A stretch of DNA of 64,000 nt, taken from Pirellulales bacterium (GTDB taxonomy: Bacteria > Planctomycetota > Planctomycetia > Pirellulales > PALSA-1355). The notes below the pieces were generated by a model, which saw only the letters and a program-made list of their open reading frames with translations, had not been told where the DNA came from and made no database searches. The stretch is from contig CAVTBU010000010.1 in NCBI GenBank assembly GCA_963733035.1, positions 7,098 through 71,097 of the forward strand, given 5' to 3'. The position numbers were made by a program, and so were the translations under genes. Positions 1 through 8,374 of the stretch are shown here, one piece after another. The stretch's first letter is position 1. Every line of letters begins with the position of its first letter.

Positions 1-1
1 A

Positions 2-307
2 GGGTACATCTACGGCATCGACGACACGCTGCTGGCCTGTCTTGACGTGGCAACTGGCCGGCAGCGCTGGAAGGCCCGTGGCGGCGATTATGGCCACGGC
101 CAGATACTGCGCCGCGACGACTTGCTGCTGGTGCTATCCGAGGCGGGGGAGTTGGCCCTGGTGGAAGCCACGCCCGAACGATTCACCGAGTTGGGCCGGG
201 TCCAAGCGATCGAGGGCAAGACCTGGAACAACCCGACGCTTGCCGGCAGCCGCGTCCTGGTGCGCAACCACCTGGAAATGGCGGCGTATGATCTGGCGAC
301 CGAGTGA
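2..307 (+). CDS. PQQ/BamB-type beta-propeller repeat protein, C-terminal fragment (5' end outside window)
   Basis: Frame 2 is open from base 2 to the TGA at 305-307. It reads GYIYGIDDTLLACLDVATGRQRWKARGG..., and the Y-G/A-hydrophobic-D...TG...W pattern is the blade signature of PQQ-like propellers. ORF-track entry 47..307 is the same frame from its first Met. Confidence 0.6.
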   Translation, partial: GYIYGIDDTLLACLDVATGRQRWKARGGDYGHGQILRRDDLLLVLSEAGELALVEATPERFTELGRVQAIEGKTWNNPTLAGSRVLVRNHLEMAAYDLATE

Positions 308-350
308 TCGCGGCAGGGATCGCGACGTCTGCCGTTGGATGGACGCCCAT

Positions 351-1055
351 TTACGCGTCCCGTTTTTCCTCGGCCGCAAGTACGCGCTTGAGCGCGTCGG
401 CACGGCGCAATTGGATGTCGGCATCGGAATCCGCGGCGACGGCATTAAGTAACATGCGAACACGCTCGGTTTGCTTGCTGGCAAAGACGCCCGATTCGGT
501 CAGACGCAGGCAGGCCTCGGCCATCTCGAGAGATTGTTCGCTCGACCTGTCAGGGACGTGAAACAGCGTCTCGTACGTCTCGCGATCGCGGGCAATGCCC
601 TGTTGGCGTTTGCGACACTCGACGCAGCGCACGCAGTCGGACTCGAGACCGAGGCCGAGCTCCTCGTACCAGTGTTTTTGCTCGGCGGCGAAAAAGATGA
701 ACGGGCGCCGGCAATCGTGGCAGGTGCGCGCTAGATCAAAGTAGTGAGTTACCGCGACGGTCGCCGGCATCTGGCGCGCGAGATCGGCGACAATCGCCGT
801 GTTCGGAATGCGATGCGCGCGGTCGGCATCCGACCAGGCTTCGCCGTACGGCCACTTCTCGCCCATTGCCGCTTCGTATTGGGCGATCAGCTCGTGGTGT
901 TTGATCACATTCCAATGCAAGTGGACCCCAGGGTCATTGGGGCTGAGGTTCAAACCGGTGATGCGTGGTCGACGACCGTAGCGGGGGTGTTCGACGAAGT
1001 CAGCATACTTGTCGGGCTCTCGCGTCAGCGGTTTGCTTTTTTTGCGCCTGGACAT
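351..1055 (-). CDS. hypothetical protein with zinc-ribbon-like CxxC...CxxC motif
   Basis: 234-aa ORF with ordinary composition. TCHDCRRPFIFFAAEQKHWYEELGLGLESDCVRCVECRKRQQ resembles the 'probable zinc-ribbon' domain family. No other domain recognised. Confidence 0.6.
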   Translation of the reverse strand: MSRRKKSKPLTREPDKYADFVEHPRYGRRPRITGLNLSPNDPGVHLHWNVIKHHELIAQYEAAMGEKWPYGEAWSDADRAHRIPNTAIVADLARQMPATVAVTHYFDLARTCHDCRRPFIFFAAEQKHWYEELGLGLESDCVRCVECRKRQQGIARDRETYETLFHVPDRSSEQSLEMAEACLRLTESGVFASKQTERVRMLLNAVAADSDADIQLRRADALKRVLAAEEKRDA

Positions 1056-1675
1056 GGATAATTCGCCAGTTCCGCATGTTCACGTGTGCACGTCGACGAG
1101 CGTCACACCGCGGTTCGTAATGCTCGCCTGGCAGAACATTATATAGAGTGGGATGCCGAGCTCGAGCAGCGTCATGGCGATGAAGATCGGGCCGGGCAGT
1201 CCGACAGCCGACATCGAAACCAAGCCGAACAACGTAAGGATCCTGAGGGGCAACTCTGACCTGCCGTTCGGTAGCGCTCGCGTTGTTGCGCAATTTGCAA
1301 GTGCGCGGCAGGTAAACCCACACCTAACTTTTGCAATTGCTACAATCCGGGTAGGTGGCCGGCGGCGGGCTGTGGGTGGCCGTCTGAGCGGACCTTGACG
1401 ACCGGTGTTAACGGTCCCTTCTGTTTCGGCACGCTTGCCTGCTGCGAGCTGCTTCACATCTTGTTCGCAAGTTCCTTGTAGGCTGTTGAAAAATGCCCTC
1501 GTGGCATTTCTCAACCTCGCGAAGTGCGGAGCCAAGCTTCGCACCGCTCGCGAAATAACGACTTTCGTCGGCTATTTCGTCGTCGCATCCATGCGATGAC
1601 GCCGCCCGTCGAGTTTTTCAACCGGCTGCAAGGCCGTTTCACTTCTCCGTCGACCTCAATTCAAGGAGCCGTGCC

Positions 1676-2905
1676 ATGCTGCGCCAACGTCGTCTCTCCC
1701 GTCGCGCGTTTACCATCGTTGAATTGCTCGTGGTGGTGATCATCATTGCGCTTGCGATTTCGCTGCTGCTACCGGCCGTGCAGAGCGCACGCGAAGCGGC
1801 GCGTCGTTCGTATTTGGTGAATCAGCAGAAGCAGATGCAAATTGAGGCCGAGCAGGGTCTGGTTCAGCCCACGACGCCGCAAACGACCGCCCGAGTTCGG
1901 GCCTTCGAGGCAAAAGTGACCCTGACACCGCGATTGAGCGTGGGAACTTCGGCTCCCGAGTCGATTTACGAGGCGCGTTTCGAAGGCAAGCTGCGCGCTT
2001 CGCACCCCGACGGCAAGGACGGACCGTGCGAAATCGATTTGCCGCTGCCGCCGCAGATCATCTCGCTGGCCGACCTGGCGGTGAAGGTAGGGGATCAATC
2101 GGCCGACAGCGGCACGGGCGGCGTCTCGCTCCGTTGTGGGCGGCTCGTGTGGCAGGGGAATTTGCCCGCCGATCCGACGCCGATCGACGTGACTTACAGC
2201 GCCGTGGGCAAGGGACTTTATGAACTGGCGCTCAATTCCGGCGGCATGCTCGACAAGTATGACGTGACGCTGGTGGCCAGCGGCTCGGACGTGCGTCAGT
2301 TCGAGCTGTCGCTGCAGCCGACGAGCCTCGAACATTCGGCCGGCAGCAGCACGTACGCCTGGAACTATGAAAAGTTGTTGTTCGCGCAGCCGGTGCGCGT
2401 GGACGTGCTGGGCATTGCCCCAATCGATCGGCTCGGCGAGTTGACGTGGCTCGGCCCGTTGAGCGTGCTGGCGTTTGGCATCCTGGTCGGGCTGGTGGTG
2501 CAAGCCGTGGGCGCCGAGCGGTTCGACGTGTGGATGCTGCTCCTGACCGTCGGTACGTTCGCCGGCGCCTACCCGCTGATGTACTTCGCCCAGGAATACA
2601 TCTCGCTCGGTCCGGCCGTGGTGGCCAGCGCCGCGGTGGCCGTGGCCATCATTGGCGCCCGATCGGTAACGCTGATGGGTTGGAAGCCGGCGCTGGCCGG
2701 AATCGTCGTCCCGGCGGCGCTGATCATGACCGTCACACTCGTGGCCGCGATCTGGCCCTCGCTGCAAGGCATGCTGCTGACCAGCGAAGCCCTAGGATTC
2801 TTCATCGCCGCAATGATGTTGATGCCGAAGGTGAACGCGGCGTCGAGCCGGTTTTGGGTGTTGAGCCGCGGGCCGGTGAAGGCGGAGCTGGCGGGAGGAG
2901 GGTGA
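1676..2905 (+). CDS. membrane protein with prepilin-type N-terminal methylation motif and polytopic C-terminal domain
   Basis: The N-terminus [36 protein letters not shown] is the planctomycetal DUF1559/type IV pilin-like leader. The last ~150 aa form 4-5 hydrophobic helices ([80 protein letters not shown]). Confidence 0.7.
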   Translation: MLRQRRLSRRAFTIVELLVVVIIIALAISLLLPAVQSAREAARRSYLVNQQKQMQIEAEQGLVQPTTPQTTARVRAFEAKVTLTPRLSVGTSAPESIYEARFEGKLRASHPDGKDGPCEIDLPLPPQIISLADLAVKVGDQSADSGTGGVSLRCGRLVWQGNLPADPTPIDVTYSAVGKGLYELALNSGGMLDKYDVTLVASGSDVRQFELSLQPTSLEHSAGSSTYAWNYEKLLFAQPVRVDVLGIAPIDRLGELTWLGPLSVLAFGILVGLVVQAVGAERFDVWMLLLTVGTFAGAYPLMYFAQEYISLGPAVVASAAVAVAIIGARSVTLMGWKPALAGIVVPAALIMTVTLVAAIWPSLQGMLLTSEALGFFIAAMMLMPKVNAASSRFWVLSRGPVKAELAGGG

Positions 2906-2928
2906 GCGGGAATTTAGCGGCCGCGATT

Positions 2929-2968
2929 CCTGGGTGGCCCCGACAACAAGTTGTCGGGGCCACCCAGG
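2929..2968. terminator. bidirectional intrinsic-terminator-like hairpin between convergent genes
   Basis: CCTGGGTGGCCCCGACAA (2929-2946), loop CAAG, TTGTCGGGGCCACCCAGG (2951-2968): a perfect 18-bp stem. It sits between the stop at 2905 (+) and the restored stop of the C-N hydrolase at 2979 (-). Confidence 0.6.
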
Positions 2969-2978
2969 GAATTCTGGC

Positions 2979-3928
2979 CTACTCTTTTTGCTCCACCAAC
3001 TCCCCATACAGCTCCGGACGGCGCTGCTCGAAGTTGCGGCTGTTGGCTCTTTGCTGGCGGACCTTCTTCAGGTCGATCGTCGCGGTGATGTGGGCCTCCT
3101 GTTTGTCCGGGCGCGGGCGAGAATTTTGGTGGGCTCGGCGATCATCGTGCCGGCCCCGTAGGCCTGGTTGGTGGTGATCATGGCGACGTGGCTTTGGAAC
3201 ATGGTCGTCTTGACGATGAAGTCTTCAACCGGGCCGCCCCGGCCGTTGATCCACACCAATAGCTCCGCGCCTTTCAGCGACAGAACGCGGGCCGGCTCGG
3301 GGAACCAGCCGTCGTAGCAGGTGAGAATGCCGATGGTGCCGAAGTCGAGCTCGAACACCGGCAACTTGTCGCCGCGCTGCATGATCCACTCGGGGTCGTT
3401 CTCGAGCATCCACGCGCGCGACTTGCCGGCCGGCGGATGCCGCCAGGGTGGGCTCCCTTCGTAGTGGTCGACCGCCGCGTGCGTCTTGCGATACTTGCCG
3501 GCGATGCGGCCCGCGCGGTCGAAGAGCAGGGCCGTGTTGGCAAACGTGCCATCCGAGAAATCCTCCCAGCAGCCGACGATCACATAGAGGGAGCCCGCCT
3601 TGGCCGCCGCGGCGATTTTGTCGGTGGTCGGGCCTGGAACCGGGATATGCCCCAGCACGTACTCGGGAAAGACGACCAGCTGAGCCCCGTCGCGGGCCGC
3701 TCGCTCGATATAAGGAACGAACATCGACGCCGGATCGACACCGTCGCGCGGCAGGTCTCCCTTGTCGTAGCCCGAGATTTGCACGGCGGCGACTTTAACC
3801 CGATCGCGATCGACGGGCCGATGCGGCGCCGGCTTATCGGCCAGGGCTGGGACGGCCGGCGCGAACATGCCCAGGGCGGCTGCGAAGAGCAGGTACGGAG
3901 TTCTGCCACAGATGGTTGTACGAGGCAT
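2979..3928 (-). pseudogene. carbon-nitrogen hydrolase (nitrilase superfamily), secreted; interrupted by one apparent frameshift near 3108-3120
   Basis: ORF 3068..3928 has a signal peptide plus the CN-hydrolase blocks VAAVQ..., VVFPEY, KYRKTH and ILTCYDGWFPE. After ...PTKILARA the frame dies. The adjacent frame continues PDKQEAHITATIDLKKVRQQRANSRNFEQRRPELYGELVEQKE to the TAG at 2979-2981, which is a typical family C-terminus. Confidence 0.75.
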
Positions 3929-4004
3929 GAGGCGAGATCCTCGGGAATGCGAACGGAGGGCGGAGTTTCAGGATAGCAGAAATGGACGCCGGGGGTGGGG
4001 CGTG

Positions 4005-4448
4005 TTACGCCCCGTGCCCGAGAAGGTTCAATACTTCCTGGCGCACGTCGTCGAGCTCCAGGCCCAGGCTGTTGAGAACCTGTCGAGCAGTTCCGTGCTG
4101 CTGGCGAAGCAGACCGAGCAGCAGGTGTTCGGTGCCCACGTAGTTGTGTCCCAGTTTCTGGGCTTCGTCCATCGAGTCTGCCACGACCTGTTTGGCTCCG
4201 GCGCCCTCTGGCACGGATTCCGAGTCGTCCGCCGGAGGGCCGGGCGGGGCGAGTTTTTCGACTTCCTGGCGAGCTCGCGGCAAGTCGATACCGAAAGAGA
4301 CGAGCACGTGGGCAGCCACGCCCTGTCCTTCCTTGAGCAAACCCAACAGGATGTGTTCAGTTTCAAACGAGCGGTGATCTAGTCGCACCGCCTCTTGCGT
4401 GGCCAACCGCATGACCTTACGAGCCCGATCGGTGAATCGCGCGTACAT
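4005..4448 (-). CDS. stand-alone Clp N-terminal (Clp_N repeat) domain protein
   Basis: 147 aa with two Clp_N repeats (FTDRARKVMRLATQEA...TEHILLGLL and ...YVGTEHLLLGLL). There is no AAA+ module. Confidence 0.8.
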   Translation of the reverse strand: MYARFTDRARKVMRLATQEAVRLDHRSFETEHILLGLLKEGQGVAAHVLVSFGIDLPRARQEVEKLAPPGPPADDSESVPEGAGAKQVVADSMDEAQKLGHNYVGTEHLLLGLLRQQHGTARQVLNSLGLELDDVRQEVLNLLGHGA

Positions 4449-4633
4449 GGGGTGTAGCGTCAGCTGTTCGAACGTCGGGCGAAGTCGTTAAGGCCGCCAA
4501 TTCCGCCATTCTAGCCGAGTCGTGGGCTGAAGGGGCATGGTTTTCCCTTCGGTTTTCTGGACGGGGAGCGCATAATTAAAAAGTGGATTGGTCGACGATT
4601 CCTACGCGGTCCGTCTTTGTGGCGAGGTGTGCC

Positions 4634-4840
4634 ATGCATCGCGATGCCGAAACGATTTTGCAGGCGGCACTCGCCTTGTCCGAGAGCGAACGGCTGGCGT
4701 TGGTCGACCAGCTGCTGAAAAGCCTTCCCGAGCAGGCCATCGCGGTCTTCGAGGATGCGAAATTCCGCGAGGAAGTGGAACGCCGTGCCGCGGAGCCGGG
4801 GGAGACAATACCCTGGTCACAAATACGCGATGAGCTATGA
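4634..4840 (+). CDS. type II antitoxin, 'putative addiction module component' family
   Basis: MHRDAETILQAALALSESERLALVDQLLKSLP... matches the Unstab_antitox/TIGR02574-type N-terminus. GAGGTG lies upstream of the ATG at 4634. The stop overlaps the toxin start (ATGA). The ORF-track start at 4583 is probably too far upstream. Confidence 0.75.
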   Translation: MHRDAETILQAALALSESERLALVDQLLKSLPEQAIAVFEDAKFREEVERRAAEPGETIPWSQIRDEL

Positions 4841-5139
4841 GCCCGCGTTTGCAGGTCGCATTTCACCGGCTCGCGCTTGAGGAGCTGCGTGAAGCGCGGG
4901 ATTGGTACGACGGAAGATCGGCGGATGCAGGAAGCAATTTTCGTGTTGCCATCATCGCTGCAATCGAACGGATCGCCGACGACCCTGATGCATTGCCGCT
5001 GGCATTTTCGGAGTATCGCTACGCGCGGCTTTCCAGATTTCCCTACGTAGTCATCTTCCGCAAGCTGGCGCAGGGCGTCCTCGTGGTGGCGGTGGCCCAT
5101 ACGAGTCGCCGCTTTGGTTACTGGCGACGACGGCAATGA
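4837..5139 (+). CDS. type II toxin, RelE/ParE family
   Basis: 100 aa. FHRLALEELREARDWY...RYARLSRFPYVVIFRK...VLVVAVAHTSRR is the ParE/RelE plasmid-stabilisation fold pattern. 4-nt overlap with the antitoxin. Confidence 0.8.
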   Translation: MSPRLQVAFHRLALEELREARDWYDGRSADAGSNFRVAIIAAIERIADDPDALPLAFSEYRYARLSRFPYVVIFRKLAQGVLVVAVAHTSRRFGYWRRRQ

Positions 5140-5378
5140 CGCGTGAACCTGTGGCGAACCAAATGCACCTTCGCCGTATCGGTCTTGGGATGGACCGTCA
5201 AGAAAAATTGCGATTCTTAGCCGAATCCAGGACCGTTATTAATCAATTGAAGGCATGGTCGGACGAGCGCGCCGATGCCGGCGGCGGCGCGACGCCTGAA
5301 GAACGAAAGGTCCTCGCAGAAATCAGATTGAAGCTCCGCGAAATAAAAGAAATTCTTAGCGAGATCAGGCGACAGTAG
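5136..5378 (+). CDS. hypothetical small helical protein, translationally coupled to the toxin gene
   Basis: 80-aa ORF whose ATG overlaps the toxin stop (ATGA at 5136-5139). Charged, coiled-coil-like C-terminus (EERKVLAEIRLKLREIKEILSEIRRQ). Visibly lower GC than its surroundings. No homology recognised. Confidence 0.5.
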   Translation: MTREPVANQMHLRRIGLGMDRQEKLRFLAESRTVINQLKAWSDERADAGGGATPEERKVLAEIRLKLREIKEILSEIRRQ

Positions 5379-5381
5379 TAG

Positions 5382-5400
5382 GTCGGGCCCTGGGCCTGAC
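5382..5400. repeat. REP-like hairpin GTCGGGCC-CTG-GGCCTGAC, also a plausible terminator
   Basis: 8-bp stem (one G-U pair) starting 4 nt after the stop at 5378. It shares its core with the hairpin at 5479-5496. Confidence 0.45.
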
Positions 5401-5478
5401 GTCGAACTGCGAGATGGCTAGAAGTTCGTCGCGGCGGCGCCAGAACCTAAGCATGTCGCGAAACGCGGCGTGTGGTTT

Positions 5479-5496
5479 GTCAGGCCGAGGCCTGAC
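5479..5496. repeat. REP-like hairpin GTCAGGCC-GA-GGCCTGAC, also a plausible terminator
   Basis: Perfect 8-bp arms 8 nt beyond the dehydratase stop (5504-5506), followed by CTACTTTT on the + strand. GTAGGTCGGGCC (5378-5389) and GGCCTGACCTAC (5489-5500) are inverted copies with one mismatch. Confidence 0.45.
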
Positions 5497-5503
5497 CTAC
5501 TTT

Positions 5504-7054
5504 TCACAGGGTCGGACCGATGTTCCAGGGGACGAATTCTTCCTGGCCGATGCCGTGCAGTTCGCTTTTGGTTTTTTTGCCGCTGGCCACGGCGATGATC
5601 TCGTCGAAGATTTCGCGGCCGACTTCCTCGACGCTTTGGCCGGCCAGAATCTTGCCGGCGTCGAGGTCCATGTCGTCGATCATCCGCTCGTACATCGGCG
5701 TGTTGGTGGCCACCTTGATGCTCGGGGTGGGTTTGCAGCCGAAGCAACTGCCGCGGCCGGTGGTGAAGACCATCATCTGCGCGCCGCCGGCGACGATACC
5801 GGTGACGCTGACCGGGTCGAGGCCCGGCGTGTCCATCACGACGAAGCCGCGCTCGGTGACCGGCTCGGCGTAGTGATAGACTTCGTTCATCGCGGTGCCG
5901 CCGGCCTTGGCGATGGCGCCGAGCGATTTCTCATAGATCGTCGTCAGGCCGCCCTCCTTGTTGCCCGGCGATGGGTTGTTGTCGGGCGTGCAACCGAACA
6001 GGCCCGTGTACCACTCCCACCACTTGATGCGGTCGATCAGTTTCTGGGCCACCTCGGGCGTGCGGGCGCGGCGGGTGAGGAGTTGTTCGGCGCCGTAGAT
6101 CTCGGTCGTTTCGCCGAGGATCACCGTGCCGCCAGCGGCGACGATCATGTCGCTGGCCACGCCGAGCGCCGGGTTGGCCGTAATGCCGGAGTTGCCGTCG
6201 GAGCCGCCGCAGTTGGTGCCGAGCACCAGTTCCGAGAGCGGCACCGACTCGCGCCGCACGTCGTTGGCGCGGGGAAGCATTTCGGCGACGAGGTTGGCGG
6301 CGGCTTCGATCGTCTTGGTGGTGCCGCCGACGTCTTGCATGCTGAGTACCGGCGGACGTTTGGCACCGCCGCTCGCGCCGCCAATCTGCACGAGTTTTTG
6401 ATCGTCGAGCAGGTAGCCGAGCGTGGCCGTTTCGCAGCCGAGGCCGATTAGCACGTAGCCGCCAATGTTCGGGTGCCGCGCGATGCCTCCCATCACGCGG
6501 TTGAGCGTGGCGTGTCCTTCGCCGCCGAACTGCATGCCGCAGCCGCCGCCGTGCGTGAATGCCACCACGCCGTCGACGTTGGGGAACCGCTTGAGCGCCT
6601 CGGCATTGAATCGGGCAGCCACGTGTTTGCTGACCGAGGCCGAGCAATTGACCGTCGAGATGACGGCGATGTAATTGCGCGTGCCTGGCTTGCGGTCAGG
6701 ACGCTTAAAGGCCTGAAAGGTGAGCCCTTCGAGCGGCGCCGGCTCGGGCGGAATTTCGCTAGCTGCGGCGTAGTCGCGAGCAAACTGCCCGGCGGTGAGA
6801 TTGTGGGTGTGAATCCAGGCACCCGGGGCGACGTCGGCCGTGGTGAAGCCGATAATCTGGCCGTACTTCACCACTTGCTTGCCGGCGGCGATCGGTTCCA
6901 TCGCAATCTTGTGCCCCAGCCGAACCGGTTCGGTCAGTTCGACAGTTCGTCCGCCGACGGAGACGACCGTGCCGGGAGGCAGGTCGTGCGTGGCCACGCA
7001 AACGTTATCGGCCGGATGCAGATAGATAATGTCAACCGAGGGAGCCTTGAGCAT
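5504..7054 (-). CDS. UxaA-family sugar-acid dehydratase (altronate/galactarate dehydratase type)
   Basis: 516 aa. N-terminal SAF-like segment (YLHPADNVCVATHDLPPGT) followed by conserved blocks NVDGVVAFTHGGGCG, GLGCE, GTNCGGSDGNSGITANPA, NPSPGNKEGGLTTIYEKSLGAIAK and VFTTGRGS. Confidence 0.85.
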   Translation of the reverse strand: MLKAPSVDIIYLHPADNVCVATHDLPPGTVVSVGGRTVELTEPVRLGHKIAMEPIAAGKQVVKYGQIIGFTTADVAPGAWIHTHNLTAGQFARDYAAASEIPPEPAPLEGLTFQAFKRPDRKPGTRNYIAVISTVNCSASVSKHVAARFNAEALKRFPNVDGVVAFTHGGGCGMQFGGEGHATLNRVMGGIARHPNIGGYVLIGLGCETATLGYLLDDQKLVQIGGASGGAKRPPVLSMQDVGGTTKTIEAAANLVAEMLPRANDVRRESVPLSELVLGTNCGGSDGNSGITANPALGVASDMIVAAGGTVILGETTEIYGAEQLLTRRARTPEVAQKLIDRIKWWEWYTGLFGCTPDNNPSPGNKEGGLTTIYEKSLGAIAKAGGTAMNEVYHYAEPVTERGFVVMDTPGLDPVSVTGIVAGGAQMMVFTTGRGSCFGCKPTPSIKVATNTPMYERMIDDMDLDAGKILAGQSVEEVGREIFDEIIAVASGKKTKSELHGIGQEEFVPWNIGPTL

Positions 7055-7180
7055 GGCGCACCAAGCAAGAGTTAAGCGGTGGAAGCGACGAACGTACCGC
7101 TTAGCTTAGTGGAGCGTGCAGGCGCCGGCAAATGTCGGCGGCGCGGTTGGCAAACCGTGGCGTGGCATGCTGGAGCGACG

Positions 7181-7975
7181 TCAATTCCGCGGCGCAGGCG
7201 GCGTGACGGCGGCGGTGGGCTCGAAGCCGGGCGTGGGGGCACTGGCTTCATAGGCCAGGCTGTTCAAAAAGTTGCGCGTGTCGAGGTATTGGTTGGTGTT
7301 GTAGTCCTTGATGTGATCCTTGAGCGTCGCCTGCATATTGCCGATCGACTGCGTGATCTCGCCGTGGGCCTGCGGGCCGATCGCGCCGCGAGCCAGGGCC
7401 CGATCGGCGAACAGGCGGTCGAGCTCCTCGCGATCGTTTTTGTAGACGTCGGCATCGAGTCCGGCCGGCCAGGTGATGCGGCCGGTCACCGGATCGAGCA
7501 CGCTGGGAGACAGCCGGCTGGGCAGGCCCGTCTGGGCCAGACGCATCCAGGTTTGATCATCGCCGGGCGGGCGCTTTTGCGAATCGCGATAGGCCTGGTT
7601 GATGCGGCGCTTCTCGAAATAAGTTTGCGTCCAGAGCTTGCTGTTTTCGATTCGGCGGCGCTGTGCCTCGGTGAGGTTGATGGCCGCGGCCGACGTGTCG
7701 AGGTTGTATTGGCCTTCTGCGCGAATGGCGTTGCCCATGCCGGTCAGGTAGCTGCCGGCCGCGGTCGAACCGACACCGCCCCAGCCACCCCAGCCGCCCC
7801 AACCACGTCCGCCTCCGCCGTAGCCGCTGCCACCACCGTAGTAGGGCGGATAGAAGGTGCCAGGCTGATAAGTGGCGCCCGGCTGAGATTGTGGAGTTTG
7901 TTGGGCCAGGGCCGCACTGGCCAACAGCAATCCCGCGGCAAACCCGCTCCATAGCGATTTCGGTTTGCAGAACAT
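7181..7975 (-). CDS. secreted hypothetical protein with Gly/Trp/Tyr-rich N-terminal region
   Basis: Start placed at MFCKPKSLWSGFAAGLLLASAALAQQ (signal peptide), 50 codons inside the ORF-track start at 8125. This is followed by YPPYYGGGSGYGGGGRGWGGWGGWGG and then an ordinary helical domain. Confidence 0.65.
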   Translation of the reverse strand: MFCKPKSLWSGFAAGLLLASAALAQQTPQSQPGATYQPGTFYPPYYGGGSGYGGGGRGWGGWGGWGGVGSTAAGSYLTGMGNAIRAEGQYNLDTSAAAINLTEAQRRRIENSKLWTQTYFEKRRINQAYRDSQKRPPGDDQTWMRLAQTGLPSRLSPSVLDPVTGRITWPAGLDADVYKNDREELDRLFADRALARGAIGPQAHGEITQSIGNMQATLKDHIKDYNTNQYLDTRNFLNSLAYEASAPTPGFEPTAAVTPPAPRN

Positions 7976-8374
7976 GCGGGTATCTCCTGTCGCAGGGGAC
8001 GCGATTGGTGTTCGTGATAGCGCGTGAGCCGCGCCGGCGCGGTGCGGGAACACGTTTCCAATTCTACGTGCGCATTGGGCGGTTGGCTCGGGCCGGTGAC
8101 CTATAAAACTGGTATACATTGCCAAGGGCGGAGGTACAATAGTTGCTGCCGATGTCGATAAAATACGGCATTTTTGCGGCGGAATTGGCTATCCGCGCGG
8201 AAATGCATTTCAGCGAAGGAAAACGGGGCTTGCCCGACGTACAATAAAAAAGATTGTGCCGGTGGGCGGCGCGAAATGCCGCCGGTTTTCTTTCCGGCCG
8301 CGCTGTCAAAAGTGGTTGCCAGCAGGGCGATTATCATCAACGAATCCCGTCTCGAGACATCTATAAGGCGCGTC

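Noticed and set aside
2446-3177. 243-aa plus-strand ORF spanning the end of the pilin-like gene and the C-N hydrolase 3' end
   Set aside because: It is out of frame with a well-supported gene, Arg/Gly/Ala-rich, and crosses the strong terminator hairpin at 2929-2968.
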